Shown here: piece by piece, positions 12,601 to 25,515 of the stretch
How positions within the stretch are numbered: position 1 is the stretch's first letter
Layout of the letters: the number at the start of each line of letters is the position of its first letter
Assembly (NCBI GenBank): GCA_002633005.1
Contig: NMRA01000233.1
Location: 310,001-374,000 of the forward strand
Source: Phoronis australis
Lineage: Eukaryota; Animalia; Phoronida
Reading direction: 5' to 3'
Length of the DNA: 64,000 nucleotides
Notes under the pieces: generated by a model
What the model was told of the DNA's origin: nothing
The model's input: only the letters and a program-made list of their open reading frames with translations
The model's database searches: none
Made by a program: the position numbers and the translations under genes

Positions 12601-15222
12601 GTGTAGCAGATCGATCTCCCTGATGCGTCATGGTAGAAAAGTGGCCTCGCATGCCCTTAATTGTAGTACCATCAAACTTGCTGACTTTTGTATCCATGGG
12701 TTTCAATTGGGCAAGGCTTTAAATGATTTATTATAAAGCCAGTAGGGAACACATGTCAGGACATATTGGGTGTCAACAAGAGCGGGCACATGAATCAAAA
12801 CACCAGCAGGAGTGACTACCGTAAACGTTCGGGTTAACGCCCATGCTCAGTTAACCGCCCACCCCCTACTTTAGGTGGATTTTCGATTTAACCGTCCACT
12901 GCTCGGTTAAGCGCCCCCCTGCGATTTTTGAAGATTTCCAGTTAAGCGCCCACCTCTCGGTTAAGCGCCCATCCCCGACTTTTAAAGAATGAAGATTTAG
13001 CGCCCAGTGCTAAGGAAACGGCGATTCCCCGACTTTTAGAAAAAGATCGATGATCACAATGAGCGCAACGACGCCGGGCCTCCGAGACGGTGGTTTAGCA
13101 ATGTGAATTGCAATTATACAAGTAACGAGTTATTGTCTTGGGTCATGGACTCACTTCAAAATATAATACTTGAACGTTTTTGTCACTTTATTTTCTTCCC
13201 ATGTTTGCAAAGTTTAAAAACGCTGCCGGCGTCAAAACCTCCGCTTTGAGGGACTTTGTCTGCCGCGCTGAGATCTCGTCTGCAGTGCACTTGATAAAAC
13301 ATATATTCGAAAAAATCAGGCCAGAGAAATGAGACAATGGTTAAAAGTATATAGTCACGCCCGTTTCTGTTACTTAGGACTGTGACAGTCGCTATTCTCT
13401 TTTGATGTGTGGCTTTGCAGTGGTGCACGCGCGCAAGTTCCCACACTTTGGAGTGTATGTTACCTTGACACCAACATGTGATTGACAGGTGAGTCGCACG
13501 TAGGCCCTGCGCGCGTGCTGAATCCCGCCGCTATCTTTGGCCATAAAAAACGAGATGCATATTGAAAGAGGCCGTTATATTACTTGACGGCATTTCCAAG
13601 TCACGATTGTCAGCCGACTGAGACATTGCGCGCTAACAACGGGACCGAACAGTGCCGCAGTGCAATATTGCAAGTGATATAAATAGGATATTCTGGACAT
13701 CTTGCATGAAAAATAAATGTTTTTCCACCACGAAGTTTGGTAAGGTGATCGTTTATGAATTGAAACATCGCTGTTTTGTAGCGTTTTATCACATATTTAT
13801 GCCGTGGCTCGAAATTTCATTCTTGATTGACGAGTGGCACACGGCCGCTTAACCCAGATTCTTGTCTTGGGCCTACTTCTTTGCCGAGCATGTTTGGCGC
13901 AACGGCAAGTGAGCAATGCCGGGAAGTCGAGATAAAACAGCAAGCCACAGAACCATACGCTGAAAATGTCATTGAGTCACGGTGTGTTGACTATAAACAT
14001 CCCAAACACAAAAAACATCTGAATCAAGGTTTTCAAACTTTTATTACAACCAATTTTAAAACTGCTCTCTGACTATGAACTTGGCAGCTAGTACGAGACT
14101 GTAACCATAAATCTGATGTCTGCTGTGACCTCTGCAACACGTGAAGCTTGCACGCGCGCACTTTAGCAAGATGAAATAGTTGCAATCCAAGTAGAGGCTG
14201 CGTGGTCACTTGTCGTCTGCGCTCTACACTACAGGGCTAAATAACAAGACCGCAGGACGGCACGGGGCTATTACTCAGCAATTCTGTAAATTTAATAGTG
14301 AATAACTAATCTGAGGGCATGATGACCTTTGTTAGGATCAGCCGCTGTTATGACATTTTTCCCGTCATGTGGCGACGTGACGATAACGCTCTTTGAAAAG
14401 TGCTACGCGTTCCGAGTAGGCCTACGACTACGTGTGTGGTGTGGGTACTTAGATCACGAGGTAAGATTAACCGCCCAGGGCGCTTGCCTGTCGTATTAAG
14501 CGCCCCGTGTTCGGTTAACCGCCCACCCTGGATTTTTGAAGTTTCACGTTTAAGCGCCCATGTCTGGTTAACCGCCCACCCCCGATTTTTTGGGTTTGCC
14601 AATTTAACCGCCCATGGCGTTAACCCGAACGTTTACGGTAATTGGAGATCACATGTAAGATCATCCTTGCCAGGGGCTGTTGTATTAGCCCGAATGATGG
14701 TGTTTATGTATTTACCACTGGAGCGTTTCTACTTGCAACAGCGGTCATAATGTCCAGATCTGTGACAGTTACGACATGTATGGCTCGGCACTCTGGGCTA
14801 TTAGCCAGGTGGTTCTTGGATCTACAGCGATAACAAGTTGTGCTTTGTGGAGTAGGACGTTTTTGTTTAGGGTGTTGTCTTTGGTGCTGCTGCTGTGGTT
14901 TGTGGCCAGTCTGGGTGTGTGGCGTGCTTTTAGCTGCAGCCACTTGGGGATGCGTGAGTAACACCACGCTGACCACTTGAAACCTTGGAGGTTTGCTGGG
15001 TAGTTTCTTCATTCTTGACGAGCCAAATCAATGTCCTTCTCTTGAACTATGCGAGTTTGAGCCTCTTTGTTTTACAAGCCCTGAACAAAACCGGATAGCC
15101 AGAAAGTAATCCGGGTTTCCCTTAAAGTCTCAATCACCCTGTATTGAGTGCAGTGCTCGTAGGAATTCGGAGACAGACTCATTCGGTAACTGAGATCGTA
15201 TTGTCAAAATCGAAATGCGGCC
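9680..15222 (-). mobile_element. Decayed Ty3/Gypsy LTR retrotransposon (gag-PR-RT-RH-IN, PPT and partial 3' LTR), interrupted by a DNA transposon
   Basis: Gag core (RSQLPNESVSEFLRAL, ~15200-15030); zinc knuckle CYRCRSKNHLANSPEC; protease ALVDT (~12780); RT RLPMGFTDSAAVFQ...NMDD; RNase H TDASGVGLGAVL and TDHSAL; integrase AHVGHPGI...CASC, PWKKIGIDI, FGNPDIFVSD. PPT GAGCGGGGGAGG at 9807-9796, then TG at 9794. Multiple frameshifts; the 5' LTR is absent. Confidence 0.92.
12819..14638. mobile_element. Non-autonomous TIR DNA transposon (Tc1/mariner-like, TA TSD) nested in the Gypsy protease
   Basis: TIRs CCGTAAACGTTCGGGTTAACGCC at both ends, flanked by TA (12817-18 and 14639-40). Clusters of subterminal GTTAA(G/C)CGCCC repeats. 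No transposase ORF recognised. Confidence 0.88.
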
Positions 15223-18200
15223 TTACACTCTACACTCAATGGTAATTGTGTGAAACGGGATGTCCCATAGATATTGCTTCCCTGATAGTTTGGTGTAAAT
15301 GTATGCCGATATTGTCAGTTTTGTTTTCCCAATCCAGGTTTAGAAGACTGTAAGTTCGTCGATTTGGCAAAATGCGGACAGACCAGGTATTGGCCGAAAC
15401 GTTATTGCCGGTTTGCCGTAATTCGGAGAAGATGTCCTGCGATGTGCGGCAAATGCGCAGGTAAAAATTGATTAGATAACTTCGCTTCTTTCACTAAAAT
15501 AAAGTGCATAATGCAGAAGTTGACCAGGATTGCCGGTGTCATGTACAAAACACTTGTCATAATAAATTAAGAAACAAATTCTTATTAGTCGTTAGCAAAA
15601 GAACTATTGATTATTGCCCCCGCCATTGTTGAGCTTGTAACGAGTGAAAAGCTCGTTGAAGCCGCCAAGTCGTAGGCAAACGCACAAACCTCTCGACATT
15701 AATAAAAACATGTTCAACTGTATTCATTCTTGCCTTTTTAAGCTGCAAGTTTGGTCCTGGAAATTCTTAAGATAAACAAATCTTGATTCGAGTAAATTGT
15801 TATGCTTCCCGTATCAATCCAAATGCCTCACGCACTCAAGATTTGTTGTTTGAACGTCTGTTAGTTTAGATTTCTTTCTAAAAATAAATTACGTGGAACA
15901 AAAGCATCCGGCTATGACAATATAATTATTATTGAATACTGGCACAATCGAAATAGTTTCACCTTGTTGCCTAAAGTTGGCGCTACAGCCAGCAGTTATC
16001 ATGCTAGAAGGGCCAAATGTGCCAACTCCTTGCTAGTGTTGTTTGTCAGTTGGATAGTGTAGTTATGCACGGCCTTGGGGAGACAAGTACTACATTGCTA
16101 AAGTTGCTGAACCCTTGCTTTTAACATTTTTATTGGTTTTGAATTGTTTGTAAGGTTTTTTCTAACAAGACGTTGATATTATTGAAATTTGCTTGACAAA
16201 GTTTCGCACTTGGTTAAGAATGCAAGAACACTCAGCCTAAGCCATTTTTTTACCCTGGTAGAAGATCATGATTCGTTTTGATGTATAACATACATTCGTT
16301 TGAATTTTATCTGCTGCAAACCATGCTCTGGTGTTAAAAACGTTAACCTTTTGCACAAACGCTTTTGTCCTTCCAGTGCAACGTCATCACATTCTTGTCC
16401 ATTGCTTGCATTGAACATTCAATAAATTGTCTGGAATTCCTTTGCCGGCTATACTGCCATGGCGACTGATACTAAGCAACTTATTGAGACATGATCTGAA
16501 ACAATATTCACTGGTCGCGCGGGTTTACTGCCCCTTTAAGGAGACATAATTGGTTTTTTGGATGCGATACATTTCTTGAAGTTATTGCCTTTGAATCGTC
16601 GTGTTTGTGTGATTCTATTACAAACTGACAATTCTCGCAGTTTTCTGCCAGCCATCCGCTGAAATCGAGTCATGTGACTTTACCAGATAAATAAGCCTAC
16701 TTTGTCCACATCGAGTAGGATTTAGCATCGCCCGCAGAGCGTTGTAGCGCATCCGCGGGAGTTGCAGGTTTGATTCCGCGCTGGGACTGATTTCAGAAAA
16801 TTGTTTTTTCTCAATTTAACTACATGTTGTTGAAGAACACGCAAATCCCAGACTAAAACATGCACTTCGTCTTGCTGCTCACGTGGTGTAGGCCTATGCC
16901 AAGCGTGACGGCCAACGGCATTTGCTCTGTAATTCCTCACTTGTTAACTGTGACCATTAAGTTGAGATCTCTATTTCTCACATGACCTAGAATGTGTTAC
17001 GACACGACTGGTTAATAAAACCGAGTACGTACCTTTTTGGTATTACATGGGCAAATCACAACTCAAGAAACGCGGTGAGATTGTCAAGCTGTGCTGTCTC
17101 AAGCCAGGTCAAGTCAGTGCTCACGCGCGGGGAAGCCTTGCTGACAGTTATTTATAAACATTTTTTAAGTTTTAATATTACATCTTCAAAGACTATTTAT
17201 TAGAATCTAACTGGAATATTTGCTACGAAAGCGCAATTTCGTCAAGATCTCTTTATTGCCGAGACTCGTGCAGGATTATCTACTGGTGAGTTCTAATTCA
17301 TCCGTTTCGTGTTTTAATTACATGAGCAAATAGGTTAACTTGAATTGTTTATTAATGACAGTGTTTTGAACTGACCACCTACACAAATGTCAAACTAGCT
17401 ATAGAACAAGTATGACATCAAGAGTGATTATGTGATTGTGTACAAATATAAAAGCAACTTCTTGCAACTGAAGACGTTTTGGTAATCATAACTAAAAAAA
17501 AAATGATATAGTAGCTATTGAAATGGATATTTACCATCCTGTGCTCTCTTGCAAATTGTTCTCTTCAAGTACAAATACTAATATAGAAAGCACAAATGAC
17601 ATCTTGTATTTGGAAGACGAGTGAGTACCTTAGAAGTATCTATTCATCAAGCTGACGATCGATCTCGTCTATCGTACTTCTATGACTTCTGCGGTATTCA
17701 TTCACTCTCAGCGGTTAAATGTTCCGTGACAATTCTTTGCAATTAATAGTTAAACCCCGTCCTCTCTCAATGATTTATAAAGATGTCAATGATTCGAACA
17801 ATCATCTTTCAGCACTGAAAATTCACCGCATGTAGAGAATTATATCCTGGCGGTGTTTGATGGGAAAAGCAAAAACCCATCTGTATTTTTGCGATGTTAC
17901 TTAATTCACAGTGTCGGGACTTTTTCAGAGCATTTGAGTAATGCGACCTTTTGATTTGCAAACATCTTAAAATTTCATTACAAAGCATGATTTTACCTTG
18001 TTGAGCACGATTCACAATTGATGAAAAAATGTTGAATAATATTCAGCCAAACTGCCGTCACTGAATTGATATAAATAACAGTTACAGGGATTATCATTCC
18101 ACTCCACTACGAGCTCAGATTCAACTCACTCGTTCGTATAATTTGCGAACATGAATTTCGCGTGTCATCTCATCTTTTCATGTTTTTATTTGCATTTTGT

Positions 18201-18416
18201 TTGGTTTGTTGTTAGATAACACTTGTTGTTCATCCGGGGTTGTTAGCACGTTGTAGAACTTAATTTGTACCGCTTTTGTCAACATACTTCACTGTTGACG
18301 TGCTCGTATTACTCTTGATGATTCAAACGTGAAACGTAGTGCCCCAAATCGTGTAACTATTGTGGTAGGCTTTGTTATTATAGATCTTTTTGATAAAAGC
18401 TTCATCTTATTTTCAG

Positions 18417-19957
18417 CTACAAAGTGTCAGGACTATGACTACAAAAAACGCAAAATCGGAGAATTTTGGGTTACCGAGGTTGGCAAATTCACGTGCACGC
18501 GTAACGGTGTGGTGAACGAGCGAGGTGCGTAAGGCCCCTGCTGTCCCTACCTCTCATCCTCTGTAACCCAAGGTTTGTACTGTACTAACGACACCTATAC
18601 ACTCGCTCACAAACTAATGGAGTAGACTCAATGTCGTCTGCGCACTCCTTGTCAGTTTCTGTTATTCCGCTGATTGGAACGCAGTTACGGCGGCTATACT
18701 GCTCAAGCTCATCCAAATCAGTTTCCAAACTGTGTATTTGAGAGCCACTTTCTTGCTTCAGCTTGTCGAGTTGATTTTCAAGCGTGGTTATTTTTTGTCC
18801 TTTTCAGCCATCTTTTGATAGTATTTAAGCTCGAGTGCTTTATACATTTCAGGCAAACCAGCGTCAATTAAGGGCTTTATCATGTTTGCAAACAGTGACT
18901 GGACATCTGAGTCCATGATTGCCTCTTTAGTTCATCTTTTAATGACCGAGTCTTCTTGGTGACATTTTGTCCCTTCCCTTTCAGTAAGGCCTCCATTGTC
19001 AGTTGCTTCCGAGGTTTTTTGACGTCGAAGCTCGGGGTTCACTAGAGTTTCGGCTTGGTGTTCGTTTTCTGCCACTTGTCGGGGTCTGGTCGTTATTCCT
19101 AATCATGCGAGATGGATAACTGTCGGTTCTGTCTTCAAACTATATAAATTTCGTGATTATTAGACGGGAGAGTCCGCACAAGTCAGAAAACAAACCTTCC
19201 CGCCATGAGGGTCACGTGCCCAATAATTTACACCCAAATCAACCGATCTACATGACATTAACTTGATTGTAATCATTTAGATACTAAAATTATGCAATGT
19301 TCAGTAATGATCGACATTCAATATTACAGCGCTCACGTGCAGCCCAATCAGAAAGCAGACGGAAGTTCACTGTCTGAAAAATGCACATCAGTTGTCTGAT
19401 CCGTCTTCTTGTCGTCCCCGTCCGAAATTATCACGCAGATCTGCCTTCTTACCGTGTTAATAGACATTCAAATGACGTATTTTGTGGTTCTCGCATGTGA
19501 TTGGCCAGAATAGGCTGTTAGCACGTTAGCACTTATTTAATATATGTATGCTAATTTCTCGGCTTTTGGGACGCCGTGAGATCGATATACACGTTGTATG
19601 TTTTAAACTGTGTTAATTAAAATTTACTGTCTGCAAAATCACCAACGTTTCAATGTTGTTCTTAACCAATCTACCACCTTTGACGAGCACCTTTTAAGTC
19701 ATAACGATATAGGGGTCTTACTACACTCTAATAAGCTTTGAAATCTTTAGATGACTATTGTCGATGTAATGAGAAACGGAATAGTCTTAAAACTTAAAAT
19801 GACATATTTTACAGGTTGCCTAATTGAAGAAATTAATAAGTTTATACCCGGCGGAGCCAACCACGCGTATAACGACGGGAAACGCAAGTGGACGTGTCTG
19901 TGTAATGCATCCCACTACGGACTCTCATGCAAAGGAAAATGGGGAAACCACGTGTAA
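18417..19957 (+). CDS. Small Cys-rich protein, last two exons (18417-18524, 19815-19957); weak resemblance to Fn1-like/MIG-18-like repeats
   Basis: TTTCAG acceptor, phase-1 symmetric 108-nt exon, G|GTGCGT donor, TTTACAG acceptor. Joined: (A)TKCQDYDYKKRKIGEFWVTEVGKFTCTRNGVVNERGCLIEEINKFIPGGANHAYNDGKRKWTCLCNASHYGLSCKGKWGNHV*. The 5' exon is unresolved. Confidence 0.65.
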
Positions 19958-20074
19958 AAGTCACATGTCTTCATGACGACACGCCCCAACTCAAAGTCTC
20001 TACTGGTGGGATTGCTGTGTACAGAAATTAGTCCCAAGCGCGAAATCAACGTGCGCTGAGGTAACGATAGTGCC

Positions 20075-21385
20075 AGTCTTGCATAAGTTATTTAATGCAA
20101 TTTTTGATTCTGGGTATTATCCCCAGACTTGGTGTGACGCAATGCTTACTCCAGTACATAAACAAGGTAATATCAATGACGAACATAACTATAGAGGTAT
20201 TCCCCTTGTATCTGCTTTGGGAAAAATTTACTAAACTTTTAAATAATCGTCTTTATTACTGGGCTGAAAATAATGATAAATTTTTAAGAGACTCAAGCTG
20301 AGTTTAGAAAAGGCTACTCTACTATTGACCAAGTGTTTACATTTCAAGCTATGTGCCACAAGTATTTGAGTCGGCAGGGTAGGAGATTTTACTGTACCTT
20401 TGTCAAGCAAATGAAGCTGCCTCTGCAATTTGTAAATTAAAGCGAAGATGTCGTGATCTGCCTCCGTAAATAGCCTTTCACTTGTTCGATAAAATAGTTT
20501 ACCCCTCTCTGTGTTACGGCGCTGAGATATGGGACTTTAAGGAATATAGGCAATTCGAAAATGTACATATCAAGTTTTGTAAAAGCATTTTAGAAGTAGG
20601 CAGTTTTTGTTCAAACTCGGCAATTATGGGAGAATGTGGTCGATTCCCATTGTTTACTAAATATTTTGTACCCTGTATAAAATACTGGTTCAAATTACTG
20701 GAGATGCCTAGTAATCGTGGGGTAAAAAGGCTGCATGTGATATGCTTTTTCAGTCAGACCTGATTAATTTGAAGATCTTCCTATAATTGGACAAGTTTTG
20801 TAAGGAAACTTCTGTCTGTGTATGGTGTGGTAAAGCAAGCGTATTTCTTGACAGTTTTTTCTCAAGGTGTCAACGACTGTTATTTGCAAGGCTGGCAATC
20901 TGATATCGAATGTAACTCAAATTACTGTGTGAGGTATAAAACAGTGTATTGTCTTAAGAATTATTTAGAAACAGTTAGTATCCCAAGTGTTTTATCCAAT
21001 CTCTGACTCGATTGCGATGTTCAAACATTCTTTACTAGTGGAAAGAGGTCGTCACACAAATATTCCATATAAATCAGGTTGTGTGAGTTATGTAATTCGG
21101 GATGTGTAGAGGACGAATACCACGTTGTGTTAGTTTGCAGTGCGTGCTAAGACTTTCTGGTTAAGTACTTATGTGATCGTTCTTGTCATTCTCCCACGAC
21201 ATATTAATTTGAATCTCTCATTAGAACTCCGGATATCCTACTTATAAAATTCGTCCATCATGCTCTCAAGCGTCACAATTCATTGTCCAGTTTAAAACGT
21301 GGCGCCTGACAATGTTCTGTCTTGTACATGATATACTTTGGGCCTATGACCATGTGTATATAATTCAATAAATCATTATATAATT
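20075..21385 (+). mobile_element. Decayed, internally deleted non-LTR retrotransposon (RTEX/L1-like RT and C-terminal CCHC)
   Basis: LHKLFNAIFDSGYYPQTW...NYRGI...FRKGYSTIDQVF; LFDKIVYPSLCYGAEIW...GECGRFPL...IKYWFKLL; RLCELCNSGCVEDEYHVVLVC; ends with AATAAA and a short AT-rich tail. Confidence 0.85.
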
Positions 21386-22729
21386 ATGTGTTCGTCTATT
21401 GTTTATGTGTTGTTTTACTTCAAAATGAACTAATACCTCTGAATTCAAACGAGATTCCCCAAGAGAGAAAGAAGGAGAATAAATGCTTGAATTTTATCAT
21501 CTGGCTGGTGAATCCAGCTAAGAGTATGGCACATGGTCGTTATGATGTCGTAGCTGAAATGAAGGGTGCGATTTAGTGTCGATGTTTATTTAAAATTATT
21601 ATTATTATTTGAAATTAATTATACTTATTACATTGTTTATGTTGTAAATATTTTAATTTTAATTATTAATTTGCCGGCATTATAACAATACGAAAGATGT
21701 TAAAACGCTATTTATATCATTGGGTTAAAACATCCCATCCGCTTTACATGGGATCTGTGGGTGGCGCTGAACGTCTGGCCAATAAACACCACCTTCTGGC
21801 AGGTTAGTGAATTTCAATATGGCGCAGCAATAGCCTACATACGGGTTACGATTTTCTCGCTACATCTACAAATTGCCATTCATTGCCTTATGTTTTAGCC
21901 TCATTTTTTCAGGCACCTATTATAACGATTATGTCTTCAACAAGGCGTTCAAATGCCATAGTTCGCGAACGTCAGTGTGATGAGGAACATGCAAAACTGT
22001 TCGCTCGAACTCCTGACGGCTGAAAGTAAGCCAAACGCCGGTGACGTGATCACCGACGATGTACTCTGCACACTGATGCGATTTTTGCTTCGTGCAATGT
22101 TTTCACGTCGCCATGATTTTAAAAACGCTCGTTATATCTGGTGTTCTTCATGGTTTTGGGTTATGTCGTTAACCCGAGCGTGCGCAGACTGGTCTCCTGT
22201 GACTGACTTCTGTGTTGGCACAGTTTCCGATGATGTACTGACGCGGATCGGCTCGCGCCATGCCAATCGTTTGTCGTGTGAAAGCAACTTTACAGAATAT
22301 AAGAAATGAACAACATATACTCCCCTCATATAGCTACAGATTCATTTCCTTTCGTGAACTTTAACTTGTCATTAACAGATTATTCTTCGTGATCTCTCCG
22401 CTCCTGGTCAAGTTTTTGTTTTCCCTTGAGGAGTCATCATGGACTTGTGCAAAACTCTGAGCTACGCCAACCTTTTCATAAGATAGTCAAGCACTCAGTG
22501 CTATACATTTCACCAAATACGTAGAGTGCATGGCGTGAAATAAGGCCCACCTGGAGAGCACTGCGCAGACCAAGCTTCTTTCGAGAAAATCGAGATCTGG
22601 CAAGACCTCGCAAAATCACGCGAATGAAAAGCCTGCGTATGGCAAATATGCTTTGAAGTTAATAGGCTACCCTAGAAAAATGGCGGCCGCTGAAGTGATT
22701 GGTGATAACGTATGCTTTTGATGACATTT

Positions 22730-22903
22730 CATGTGTGCATCCGGCGGGGGGCTCGGGGCCCCAAATCCCAACCCCCATTTGGCGAAGTGGTTAAAAGGTC
22801 AGCCTCAGAGAAACATAAGGTCCGAAAAAGTACCCCGTTTTTTATTAAAAGGCCCACATTCTCAAAAATTCGAGCCCCCTATTTTAGGCTTGGTGCGTGC
22901 ATG
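22730..22903 (+). mobile_element. MITE family A (CATG termini), copy 1, 5-bp TSD CATTT
   Basis: CATGTGTGCA...TGCGTGCATG with CATTT on both sides. Internal motifs (CCCATTTGGCGAAGTGG, GCCTCAGAGAAAC, AAATTCGAGCCC) are shared with three other copies. Confidence 0.8.
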
Positions 22904-24604
22904 CATTTTAATTACTTTTTCACATCGCCAAGATCCAACCAGGAAAAACAAAATATAGGAAGATTTGTTTGAAAATGATGCCATGTCACTGCACAAACCA
23001 ACACTGGCATTTAACAAATACGGAAACATAGACCTTAAAAATATCGCCATTTTATACGTTTTCTGTGCAAGGGAGGGTAGTCGAGAAAGGTGTACGTTAA
23101 AGTGACAATTGTGGCAGTAAATGTTGCCTTACTGTAAGTGAGGGCATATCCATGTGTCTACCCGCCATTTTGAAGTCTGCAGCTCTTCCGCTTGATATTT
23201 TTAACAGGGTGACAAGTTTGAAGTCGCCGAAACTTTCACCTACAAAAATATTTCTACACATGATAGGCTTATGATCAAAATCTTCTTCCTCCCATCGCCA
23301 AGCAATGAAAACACTACAACTGTTGAGAATGCGATTCATTGCACAAGGTTGTGTTGTCGGGTCATTGGCATGTTCACTCAGATGTCAACGTTGAACCAGT
23401 TTATTCCCGGCAGGGATTTTGTTCAGCTGACGAATTTGAGTATGAGCGAATTGGAGCTGGTGGCACTGAGGAATCTAGAGACGAGATCATTTGGCAGTGT
23501 ATAATTGGTTGCTGCTGGAGATCGTGCTGCCTGCATAACACGACCCGTTGGTACCTGGAATGAGAGACTTTTGGGATTGATCACGTGGGACCGACTCATA
23601 TCGCCACTAGCTGAACCAGAAGATGCTTTGTTTTGGCAGCGGGTGGCATAGGGGAACAGTTTGACTTCGTGAAAAGACCTTTTCACAGTGTATGCGATTA
23701 CACAGAATGTGTTTTAAACCGAAGTTATAAATTGCTAGGAAATTTATTTCCAACCACCGTTGCCACCAAAATCTATTATATTCAAAGTAAGACACACAAA
23801 ATACTCATCTGAATAACACAATGCCGTAGGAGCAGACACTTTCGAACGCCGAATCGCGTGTAAGTTTCCCATTGGATGTTGCCGTCAGTTTTTGAGGGAG
23901 ACAACTCCACTGCTTTACAACAGTCCAATCAAAGATAGAGTGATGCCATCAAATACTAACCTTGCACGTTTATGTTCTTTGGGAGATGGCACTGATTCTA
24001 CCAATCAGAAGCAAAACTTTAAGTTTTCATGTGAGTCCCTGGGGGATCCCTGCTAAAAATTCACGTCCAGGCTGAAACCAAAAATCGCTCCCGTATTGCC
24101 ATTAACAAGCAATTGCCAAATTAATATACTTCTGTATTAAAACAATATTTTAGAGAACTGATTTCATAAGTCTCCGTAAGTCTTCGACAAAGCAAGGAGT
24201 GCGCCACAGAGAAATCGATATTTCTTAAAATAAAATGCCTAAAGATATCATGTTTCATCATTTAGGTTTTTAACCCCTGTTGGCAGGCTTTTTTAATATT
24301 TAGGAACTTCTCAAGCCCAACTTTTTATTAAAGTGTGTACAGGTATGCACTAATGCCCTATTGACTCTTGAAGTAAGGTGAAAAGACAATCTTTCTTTCG
24401 AGGCGAGGGCTGACATGTCTCCGACCACCTTTAGCTATGCTAATTGTGCCAACGAGTATGCCTATTTTTACACAGTTCAGTAACGCTCTATAAAAAATGA
24501 ATCATCGGGAACTTTAAAGCCGCATTTTGCCCTGTATAGCTGGCTAAAAACCAAAATCGAGGCCTTGTGCTCTCACAAATTCGACCACATAACATTCCTT
24601 ATTG

Positions 24605-24844
24605 CAGTGGCAGATCTACGATTTCAGTAAGGGGGGGGGGGTTAGGATTCGAAAGAATCCGAGGCGCGTAGCGCCGAGGAAAAGGAAGGTCGCGAGAGGG
24701 TTTCCCTCCTCCCGTGTAAGATTTTTTGGGATTTTTAGTAGCTAATTTCGTTTTTCTGGCGATTTTTTCCAGTTTTTATTTTTGATCCTGTCCCGAGGGG
24801 GGGGGGGGTTAAACCCCCTGAACCCCCCTGTAGATCCGCCTCTG
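24605..24844. mobile_element. MITE with 5-bp TSD TATTG
   Basis: TIR CAGTGGCAGATCTAC / GTAGATCCGCCTCTG, poly-G runs inside, TATTG duplicated on both flanks. Confidence 0.85.
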
Positions 24845-25515
24845 TATTGTGACAGGGTTCGAGCACCAACGACTCGTGCTTCAAAATTTATTGGGATTGG
24901 GCAACCTTAAAATTGCGAATTCGAAAAGGGCTCATGTCCACATTGACTGTGATTTGAGTTGCCGATTCACGATGCAACAATTAAGATCCGATAAGTGTGG
25001 TGATATTTTTTAGACGGACGAAATCAAGGATACAAGGTGATATAAACCAAGATATTTTTGAATGAACGGGTCCCTAGACAAAAACGTAAGGGGGCGAAAT
25101 TACTCCGATCGACAACACTGCTGTCACTCGCATAGGGCGGCACACGTATAGACACACATACGGCCGACGGGAATTCGGAGGCGGGATTTCAGACAATGCA
25201 TTGCCTTCGAGGATATTGTTGACCTAATTTAGCGGAAACGATGTTTACCAACCTCGTGCAATCAACGTACCAGGAGGCACATTGACCTTTTCGGCGTATG
25301 TCATAATCTAAGAATCTAACAGACTGCATCACTCTGAATAGCAATGGTGACATACTAGCAAATCTGATAACAGACTGCATTCCCATGACCCTAACAACTC
25401 AGTTCTACGGAGACATATTCTGAAGACGTCGAGCCTGTGTGCAGCATTCGGGGTGACAGACTGTGACCTAGTTGCTATTTAGCAATCTGTATAGTATCGA
25501 CATTTCCCCAAAATA

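Noticed and set aside
16720-16800. tRNA/SINE-like B-box (GGTTTGATTCC)
   Set aside because: No convincing cloverleaf or A-box; cannot support a tRNA or SINE call.
18740-19130. Minus-strand coiled-coil-like relic (possible LINE ORF1 5' part) in the intron of the Cys-rich gene
   Set aside because: Frameshifted and lacks the diagnostic EQYSR/RRM motifs; too weak to list.
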